56,916 nt of DNA, taken from positions 1 through 56,916 of IMG/VR virus record IMGVR_UViG_3300047553_000257; one strand, 5' to 3'. The notes beneath the pieces are model-generated. The model was given only the letters and a program-made list of their open reading frames with translations, had not been told where the DNA came from and searched no databases. A program made the translations under genes and the position numbers. Positions 1-5,666 of this stretch are shown here, in pieces. The stretch comes from a virus. Taxonomy: Duplodnaviria > Caudoviricetes. Position 1 is the stretch's first letter, and each line of letters opens with the position of its first letter.

Positions 1-180
1 CCTCCCCCCTCCCCCCTATGCACACAGGCACAGGCAGGGGCATGCCACCTACGATCCGCAGCCGTTTTCCGCTGGGAAAAAGCCCAAGGCCAAGGCAAAA
101 ACCAAAGCCCCAGAAAAAAACCCAAAAAAAACAAAGGGCAAACGACGACAACCTAGTCAGGGTCGTGGTCGGATGGGTAC

Positions 181-660
181 CTATTGCAGCGTATCGCTGT
201 CGTCTTCGTCGCTCATGTCTAGGTTTGCGAGGAAGTCGCCGCCATTGATGGTCTCGATCTGTTTCTTCTCAGGCGCGAAGATACCTTCTACCTTACCCAG
301 TAGCTCGAGAGCGCGGATGCGTGCGGCTGCGGGGCTGTCATCGTCCTTGGCTTCGTCCATGAGCTTCGAGACTATCCAGTCAGCATCGAGCGAGAGCCTC
401 TCCTTCTGCTCCGTCAATGTAGGTACCAGCCTCTTCTGTATCTTCTCCATCTTAAGCAGCTCACACGCCGTCACTCGCGAACCTTTCGGTGCATAACCTG
501 CGGTGATTGCTGCCTGCGAACCGTTGCCACCATTGGCGATGTAGGCGTGGATAAACGCCTGTTGCTTTGGCGTGATGTAGTCAGGGTTCTGGCTAGCCAT
601 GATGCGTGCTTTACCCTCTGGGCTCAGCTCTTTCTCTTTGGTCATTCTATTGATCCTCAT
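181..660 (-). CDS. terS: Terminase small subunit
   Basis: N-terminal HTH signature TPKQQAFIHAYIANGGNGSQAAITAGY...ACELLK and C-terminal ARIRALELLGK, typical of TerS. The true start may be the internal ATG of MTKEKE. Confidence 0.88.
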   Translation of the reverse strand: MRINRMTKEKELSPEGKARIMASQNPDYITPKQQAFIHAYIANGGNGSQAAITAGYAPKGSRVTACELLKMEKIQKRLVPTLTEQKERLSLDADWIVSKLMDEAKDDDSPAAARIRALELLGKVEGIFAPEKKQIETINGGDFLANLDMSDEDDSDTLQ

Positions 661-730
661 TGCAGTCTGTCCTCTCCCTATACAGTCTTATCCCTCTATT
701 GGAAACAAGAGTACGGGATCGCCGCCCTCT

Positions 731-751
731 GGGTTTTTCCGCCGAAATTTT
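731..751 (+). repeat. GGGTTTTTCCGCCGAAATTTT motif, copy 1
   Basis: Near-identical copies at 1101-1123, 1363-1383, 13103-13123 and (reverse) 54103-54125. Confidence 0.75.
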
Positions 752-770
752 GGGGCAGCCATGACGTGTC

Positions 771-799
771 TTGACGCCTTCATCATCCGTCCGTATTGG
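771..799 (+). promoter_or_regulatory. Putative sigma70-type promoter
   Basis: TTGACG-N17-TATTGG upstream of the ORF starting at 826. Confidence 0.45.
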
Positions 800-825
800 C
801 GGCGCGTTCACTACACAAAGGATCA

Positions 826-1047
826 ATGGACATGTACACAAAGAACGAGCCGATCATCGATAAGGTCGCCTCCAACCTCTACCTCATCGATATCAATGAA
901 AAGTCTTTTGAGCTGGGGCGCTGGCCTTACGGACACAAGCGTGGGTCGATCTGGAAAGCCTATGAGGTGACTGACGACGAAGTCCGGTACATCGAGACCT
1001 TCACCACCATGCGGGAAGCTATGACAGCCATGAAGGCTATGGCTTAG
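826..1047 (+). CDS. Hypothetical protein
   Basis: ORF with AAAGGA SD, upstream promoter-like sequence and downstream terminator. Confidence 0.65.
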   Translation: MDMYTKNEPIIDKVASNLYLIDINEKSFELGRWPYGHKRGSIWKAYEVTDDEVRYIETFTTMREAMTAMKAMA

Positions 1048-1073
1048 TCTCTCTCCCCTATATGGGAATTAAC

Positions 1074-1106
1074 GGGGGTCGGCATCGCTGGCCCCTTTTC
1101 TTTTTT
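1074..1106 (+). terminator. Intrinsic terminator
   Basis: GGGGTCGGC-ATC-GCTGGCCCC hairpin followed by a T-run. Confidence 0.65.
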
Positions 1107-1123
1107 CCGCCGAATTTTTGGGG
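1101..1123 (+). repeat. TTTTTCCGCCGAATTTTT motif, copy 2
   Basis: Direct repeat of the 731-751 core. Confidence 0.7.
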
Positions 1124-1362
1124 TGCAATCTAAGCGACCCCACTAGTGTGCTTCACTACTCAGTCGATCAAGCTTTTCACATCGAGAGGCCAGCGGGGTC
1201 TATGCCCTTCGCTTTACTCGCCGTCATCCTCATCGTCAACAGGCTGGGGCTTGCCTGTCCGTTCAGTGATGCACGGCTCGATCTCTTTGAAGGCTGCGTC
1301 TAGCCATCTCTCCAGCTCTTTATCCACTACATGACATCCACATGATGGGGTCGCTGCCTCTT

Positions 1363-1383
1363 GGGTTTTTCCGCCGAAATTTT
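1363..1383 (+). repeat. GGGTTTTTCCGCCGAAATTTT motif, copy 3
   Basis: 21-nt identity to 731-751. Confidence 0.75.
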
Positions 1384-1645
1384 AGGCTAAGTTGATGAGG
1401 GCGAGGCCCACTGTCACCGCTAACCAGATGAAACGCTCAGCCATCTTGATTGCACCAGATTGGTTAGTCGCTGACTTCTCCAGTGACCGCAGCCGCCCTT
1501 CGTGATCGTCGATGGCCTCCCTGTGACCGTGCAACCGTTCATCCACCCGCGACAGCAGCCGCAGCGCATCCGCTATGGATTTCATCTCTTCTTCGATCCG
1601 CCCAAGGCGGTGGTCAATGGCTGGCAAATCCACAATAGGTCTCAC
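1382..1645 (-). CDS. Coiled-coil protein with C-terminal TM helix (XhlA/holin-like)
   Basis: Heptad-rich N-terminus (RLGRIEEEMKSIADAL...HEGRLRSLE) followed by hydrophobic FIWLAVTVGLALINLA. Confidence 0.6.
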   Translation of the reverse strand: MRPIVDLPAIDHRLGRIEEEMKSIADALRLLSRVDERLHGHREAIDDHEGRLRSLEKSATNQSGAIKMAERFIWLAVTVGLALINLA

Positions 1646-1740
1646 TGGTTAATCACTACGATCTCCATATCATCGAGTGACGTTGTACGCGAGTGCAAAG
1701 AAAGTTTTATCGAAACTTTTTCAATACGTTATGGGCCATG

Positions 1741-1805
1741 AAGTAAAAAAACATAAAAAAATGTTTGGGGGTGGGTTGACACATCAAAATACCTTCGTCT
1801 ATTTA
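1741..1805 (+). promoter_or_regulatory. Probable strong early promoter with A-rich UP element
   Basis: TTGACA at 1776-1781, CTATTT/TATTTA at 17/18-nt spacing, A-tracts at 1741-1761; heads the early operon. Confidence 0.6.
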
Positions 1806-1838
1806 CTAGGTCGTCGGCAGCGACACAAAACACTGACC

Positions 1839-1855
1839 CGCTCTTTGACATTGTG
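1839..1855 (+). promoter_or_regulatory. boxA-like (Nus) antitermination element
   Basis: CGCTCTTTGACATTGTG, versus rrn boxA TGCTCTTTAACA and lambda nut boxA CGCTCTTA; about 30 nt after the predicted transcription start. Confidence 0.55.
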
Positions 1856-1947
1856 AAACGCTTGATACCTACGGGGGCTTCTGTCCCCGCTAGGATCATC
1901 ACACCGCAGTCCGCTGCCGTCTGGTGATTTTAGCAAGGAGAAAGTAC

Positions 1948-2169
1948 ATGAAAGACGTAAACATGATCATGGCAGTCGCCAACGCAATGGACGCTGCAGC
2001 AGACGGATATGCCGACGATGAAAAGGTCTTATTCGGCGGAGAGTTCTGGTTCGCTGGTCGGCTGCGGGAAGAGGCAGACGATCTGATCGACGCCAACATC
2101 GAGGAGTGGGCGGACGCTCAGATGGCAGAGATGGTCGAGGCCACTCGCGGCAAAGTCGTAAATTTCTGA
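1948..2169 (+). CDS. Small acidic hypothetical protein (first early gene)
   Basis: AAGGAG SD then ATG at 1948; D/E-rich 73 aa. Confidence 0.75.
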   Translation: MKDVNMIMAVANAMDAAADGYADDEKVLFGGEFWFAGRLREEADDLIDANIEEWADAQMAEMVEATRGKVVNF

Positions 2170-2215
2170 CTTCCCCAGACGGTGGGGTTCTGCTCCACCG
2201 CGAGGATGAATTCAG
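2166..2215 (+). ncRNA. Intergenic structured RNA motif (CC-AGA-C/G-CRA-GG family), copy R1
   Basis: Extended hairpin CTGA-C-TTC-C-CC-AGA-CGGTGG...CCACCG-CGA-GG-AT-GAA-T-TCAG from the stop codon to the next SD; repeated at 2407 and 4110. Confidence 0.65.
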
Positions 2216-2229
2216 CAAGGAGAAAAAAC

Positions 2230-2409
2230 ATGGCATATCTCAGCACCTACGCAGCCTTCGTTCGCTACGGCAACGATGAGCCAGAACAGCGCTGGACTGG
2301 CCTCACCAAGGGACAGGCCAAGTGGCGCTATCACTGGATAAAACGCAACTACTACAGCCGCTTTAGGAGCTTCCGCGAATATGGATGGGAGCGTGAGTGG
2401 CAAGCCTAA
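2230..2409 (+). CDS. Hypothetical protein
   Basis: AAGGAG SD; 59-aa aromatic/basic ORF. Confidence 0.7.
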   Translation: MAYLSTYAAFVRYGNDEPEQRWTGLTKGQAKWRYHWIKRNYYSRFRSFREYGWEREWQA

Positions 2410-2452
2410 CACCACCAGACGGCGGAGCAATCCGCCGCGAGGATGGCGCTAG
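2407..2452 (+). ncRNA. Intergenic structured RNA motif, copy R2
   Basis: CCA-CC-AGA-CGGCGGA-GCAA-TCCGCCG-CGA-GG-A-TGG; same internal loop as R1 with different stems and a GNRA tetraloop. Confidence 0.62.
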
Positions 2453-2475
2453 TGCCAAATACGAAAGGAATATTT

Positions 2476-2862
2476 ATGTCTTTGAATTGGAACGTATCGA
2501 ACATCGCGAACAGCGAAGAAGTCTGCTTCTTTCACTACACAGAGGAGGGTGAGCCTCAGCGCCGACTGACGCAGTCCACCGAAAACTTGATCTTCCTCAC
2601 GATGGTCGTTGGCTTGGGCCGGATCACCGAAAGCAACTACAAAGAGTTCTACAAGCGGATCGCGCTGTTCGAACGCCTTCGAGGTTGTGTGCGGGTCAAG
2701 CGGAGCGACAGCGGCAAGTTCGTTGATGATCCCTACACGCTCGAGGATATCCGCCAGCACATTGGCCTCACCGTTAACGTGTCGGACGAAAAGCCAGACG
2801 CATGGCGTAAACGGATTCTGAAGAGCTGGGAGCATGATCTGGTGACCGAGCGCCACCACTAA
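2476..2862 (+). CDS. Hypothetical protein
   Basis: AAAGGA SD, ATG at 2476, 128 aa. Confidence 0.75.
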   Translation: MSLNWNVSNIANSEEVCFFHYTEEGEPQRRLTQSTENLIFLTMVVGLGRITESNYKEFYKRIALFERLRGCVRVKRSDSGKFVDDPYTLEDIRQHIGLTVNVSDEKPDAWRKRILKSWEHDLVTERHH

Positions 2863-2922
2863 GTCGAAACCCCTTCGGGGGTCCGTTCCAGACTGACCGC
2901 TGGGCGCTGATGAGACAGGTCA
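2863..2922 (+). ncRNA. Type II hammerhead ribozyme HH1
   Basis: GTC-GAAA-CCCC(TTCG)GGGG-TC^ stem I CTGATGA-GAC; predicted cleavage after C2883; pseudoknot TGACC/GGTCA. Confidence 0.92.
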
Positions 2923-2937
2923 TTTAAGGAGACTGAC

Positions 2938-3342
2938 ATGAGAGAAGATCACCACACGTTCGAGCCGCACACTGAGAGCGCAGCAGATCACTTCTGCGAC
3001 CGCTGCTTCAGCTATCACGGCGGGTTTGAGGGCTGCGAAGAAGAAGAGGAAGAAGAAGAGATGATCAGCTTTGAGCAGGTCTCTGCCTCTCTCCCCCTTC
3101 GCGTCGAGGTAAACGGGGAAACCGTCCACAGGGTCACAGCTTGGAAGGTACCACGCGATGCCACTGAGGAGCAGGTGAAAGAGGCGATGCACTACTGGAT
3201 CGAAGCTGAATACTGCCAGCATGAGCATGATTGCTGTGGCTACTACTACGCCGGAACGCCGCAGCTTTTGGGTGGCCGCACCTACTGGGACAACGACACA
3301 GAGGTCGTTTTTGTCCTCCAAACCGACACACTGAACGTCTGA
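2938..3342 (+). CDS. Cys/His-rich hypothetical protein with poly-Glu linker
   Basis: AAGGAG SD; CDRC...H and CQHEHDCCG motifs. Confidence 0.7.
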   Translation: MREDHHTFEPHTESAADHFCDRCFSYHGGFEGCEEEEEEEEMISFEQVSASLPLRVEVNGETVHRVTAWKVPRDATEEQVKEAMHYWIEAEYCQHEHDCCGYYYAGTPQLLGGRTYWDNDTEVVFVLQTDTLNV

Positions 3343-3354
3343 AAGGTACAAAAC

Positions 3355-3522
3355 ATGGCAATCAATTACGGCGATCTTGAATGCAGCCCTTGGCACATCG
3401 CCAGACAGGAAGCTGCGGCAGAAGCTAGGTTCGAACGCTTGATCCGCGAAGACACTGAGCGCGAAGACAGGCTGCGCGAGTACGACATCTGGCAGCAAGA
3501 GATGCGCGACTTGGAAGACTGA
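3355..3522 (+). CDS. Small acidic hypothetical protein (55 aa, not in ORF track)
   Basis: AAAGG SD; MAINYGDLECSPWHIARQE...MRDLED; stop is 2 nt before HH2. Confidence 0.7.
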   Translation: MAINYGDLECSPWHIARQEAAAEARFERLIREDTEREDRLREYDIWQQEMRDLED

Positions 3523-3524
3523 TA

Positions 3525-3584
3525 GTCGAAACCCCTTCGGGGGTCTGGTTGGGACTGACCGCCCACCACTGATGAGACTGGTCA
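3525..3584 (+). ncRNA. Type II hammerhead ribozyme HH2
   Basis: Intact core (GAAA, GTC^ at 3545, CTGATGA at 3569-3575); stem I TGGT(T)GGG/CCCACCA; pseudoknot TGACC/GGTCA. Confidence 0.93.
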
Positions 3585-3597
3585 AATGGAGATCGAA

Positions 3598-3771
3598 ATG
3601 ATTGACGCAATAAAAACATTCTTTGCTGGCTTGGCCGTTCTGGTTGTTGCCAGCCTAATCATCGTCCAGCCCCGCTACATTGGCTATGGCTGCAAGAACG
3701 CAAATGTTCCGCTGCTCGCTAAGTACGAAAGCGACTTCCCCGCATGCTCGCGGATCGAACCAATTTTCTAA
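3598..3771 (+). CDS. Small membrane-anchored protein
   Basis: GGAG SD; N-terminal hydrophobic helix and two Cys. Confidence 0.65.
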   Translation: MIDAIKTFFAGLAVLVVASLIIVQPRYIGYGCKNANVPLLAKYESDFPACSRIEPIF

Positions 3772-3783
3772 GGGAGAGTACCA

Positions 3784-4113
3784 ATGACACAAGTTACCGA
3801 TCTTGACCGCTTCGCCACCAAGGGCGAGGCCGCAGTAGTGAAACGTCTAGTCCGCATCGTCCTCGAGCGCGGGTACATGGTCAGCATCAATGACGGCGAA
3901 GAGTGGACTGTTACCCTGAGCACTAACCGCAACGAAATCCTGTCCGCCCTCGCAACCACTGGCGAGGACATCCTCCGCCTTTACAAGGACGGCGAACGGG
4001 CTGGATCGCTCTGGCTGGTCTACGGCAATGCTGAGGACGGCAGCGAGCTGATCGCGGATCACAGTGACAACGATGCATGCCACAGCATCTGCTGGGAGCT
4101 GTACCCCGACTGA
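3784..4113 (+). CDS. Hypothetical phage protein
   Basis: GGGAG SD; 109 aa. Confidence 0.75.
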   Translation: MTQVTDLDRFATKGEAAVVKRLVRIVLERGYMVSINDGEEWTVTLSTNRNEILSALATTGEDILRLYKDGERAGSLWLVYGNAEDGSELIADHSDNDACHSICWELYPD

Positions 4114-4160
4114 CTTCCCCAGACTGCGGTTCTTCGGAGCCGCAGCAAGGACGAATTCAG
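4110..4160 (+). ncRNA. Intergenic structured RNA motif, copy R3
   Basis: CTGACTTCCCCAGAC-[TGCGGTTC(TTCG)GAGCCGCA]-GCAAGGACGAATTCAG; flanks nearly identical to R1, inner stem completely different. Confidence 0.65.
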
Positions 4161-4175
4161 CAAAGGAGAAAGTAA

Positions 4176-4370
4176 ATGGAACGATTTGAGGTTACTGCCC
4201 ACTACGCAACTTGGAGCGGCCACCACGCATCCTGTAGGCGCATCGTTGAGGCAGAAGATGCGGGACAGGCGCTCGACATCGTTGCTGGTCGGGTAAAGAG
4301 CTGGAAGCGGTACATGGGCAAGCTCGACTTGGACTGCATACAACTACGCGAAGGGAATGAAAATGACTGA
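4176..4370 (+). CDS. Hypothetical protein
   Basis: AAGGAG SD; 64 aa. Confidence 0.7.
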   Translation: MERFEVTAHYATWSGHHASCRRIVEAEDAGQALDIVAGRVKSWKRYMGKLDLDCIQLREGNEND

Positions 4371-4548
4371 AGAGAAACTGGATGACTACACCGCCGTCAT
4401 GATCGCTGAGGGCGTCGAAGATGCGGACTATGACCGCACCGTCGAAGCTTGGCAGTACCTGCATGACACTGGCCTTGCCTACCGCCTCCAAGGCTGGTTT
4501 GGCCGCACCGCACAGTCGCTGATCGATCAAGGGATCATTGGCGAATAG
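4357..4548 (+). CDS. Small phage protein (LQGWFGRTA motif)
   Basis: Coupled to the upstream ORF; stop TAG overlaps HH3. Confidence 0.75.
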   Translation: MKMTEEKLDDYTAVMIAEGVEDADYDRTVEAWQYLHDTGLAYRLQGWFGRTAQSLIDQGIIGE

Positions 4549-4607
4549 TCGAAACGCCTTCGGGCGTCTGCGAAGGGGTGGCCTCCCCGCACTGATGAGA
4601 CAGGCCA
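4548..4607 (+). ncRNA. Type II hammerhead ribozyme HH3
   Basis: Stem III covaried (CGCC-TTCG-GGCG); GTC^ at 4568; CTGATGA-GAC; pseudoknot TGGCCT/AGGCCA. Confidence 0.93.
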
Positions 4608-4624
4608 TGTAAGGAAAAAGAATA

Positions 4625-5002
4625 ATGAAGATCGTATCTATTACTTTTCAAGAAACAACCCGTTTCGTATCGAAGCCATACGCCTACCTCACCGACATCG
4701 ACGATATCAGTGTCGGCGATACCGTTGTCGTGGACTCTCCGCATAACGGCTTCGCATGCGTGAAGGTCGTCAGTATTGAGGAAAACGCTGAGCGGATCGA
4801 GAAGGCATACAAGTGGATCGTCTGCAGGGTCGATACGAAATCGTATGTCGAGCGTTTGGAGCGCGAAGAAAGGCGTCAGACCGTTATCGCTAAGCTCAAG
4901 AAGCTCGAACGGCACGTCCTCGAAGAAGATCGTTTCGCGATGCTGGCTAAGCACAGCCCAGAGGCATCTGCCCTACTCGAGGAGCTCAAGACGCTTAAGT
5001 AG
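4625..5002 (+). CDS. Hypothetical phage protein
   Basis: AAGGA SD; KPYAYLTD...VGDTVVV beta-rich N-terminus and helical C-terminus. Confidence 0.78.
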   Translation: MKIVSITFQETTRFVSKPYAYLTDIDDISVGDTVVVDSPHNGFACVKVVSIEENAERIEKAYKWIVCRVDTKSYVERLEREERRQTVIAKLKKLERHVLEEDRFAMLAKHSPEASALLEELKTLK

Positions 5003-5060
5003 TCGAAACCCCTTCGGGGGTCTGGCGAGGGTTGCCTCCCGCCACTGATGAGACAGGCAA
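5002..5060 (+). ncRNA. Type II hammerhead ribozyme HH4
   Basis: Intact core; GTC^ at 5022; stem I TGGCG(A)GG/CCCGCCA; pseudoknot TTGCCT/AGGCAA directly before the AGGAG SD. Confidence 0.93.
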
Positions 5061-5072
5061 AGGAGACTGAAA

Positions 5073-5369
5073 ATGAAAATTTCAACCGCACCTTGGCTTT
5101 TAGAGGTTAAGCCAACAAAGGACGGAACGAGCCTTCGGGTTATCGACCAAGACCACCGTGTCTTGGCTCTAATGAAGGGCAGCGGTCGGGAAAAGCTGGC
5201 TAACGCCTATCTGATGGCGGCTGCCCCCGAAATGCTCAAAGCGCTCGACCATGTACTGAGATTTAATCGGCGCAGTGAGGCATTAAATGAAAACGGCAAC
5301 CTGCACCCGTTTCTCATTAATGAGATCGATCAGGTAATCAACAAAGCAAAAGGGAAAGCCAATGACTGA
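5073..5369 (+). CDS. Hypothetical phage protein (ANAxLxAAAPEML motif)
   Basis: AGGAG SD; motif common in small phage early proteins. Confidence 0.75.
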   Translation: MKISTAPWLLEVKPTKDGTSLRVIDQDHRVLALMKGSGREKLANAYLMAAAPEMLKALDHVLRFNRRSEALNENGNLHPFLINEIDQVINKAKGKAND

Positions 5370-5615
5370 AGGACAACTACACCTAGCAATCCGCTGCGGC
5401 ATCTTCGCGATCATCGTGATCGCCGCCAACCTCTACGCATGACATGCAGTGGCGCGTGATCCTCATGGCGGATGGCAAGAGCGCTGTCCGCCACGTTAAA
5501 GCCATCAGTGCTGCACTCGCGAGATGGACAGCTATCAGCGATTACAAACTGGAAACCGGACTCGATGCCACTGTGGGACACATGGTGCGCACCAGCCGCT
5601 AATGTATTTATATGC

Positions 5616-5644
5616 TTGACGCATAAAACGAGCGTCATTAAGAG
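5616..5644 (+). promoter_or_regulatory. Putative promoter for ardC with overlapping inverted repeat
   Basis: TTGACG-N17-TAAGAG; TGACGC...GCGTCA palindrome. Confidence 0.45.
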
Positions 5645-5666
5645 CATTTATAGAAGGGAATCGATT

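Noticed and set aside
2920-3585. 221-aa minus-strand ORF and similar antisense ORFs (4192-4608, 5892-6455, 9913-10623)
   Set aside because: Shadow frames opposite well-supported plus-strand genes; their shared N-termini just reflect the ribozyme repeats.
2863-5060. Repeats read as a CRISPR array or as intrinsic terminators
   Set aside because: Spacing is irregular (450-1000 nt) with whole genes between repeats, there are no cas genes and no U-tracts, and the sequences fit the hammerhead core with covariation.
5472-5666. N-terminal extension of ArdC in the ORF track
   Set aside because: Family similarity starts at ATG 5667, which has its own SD-like sequence and an upstream promoter-like element.
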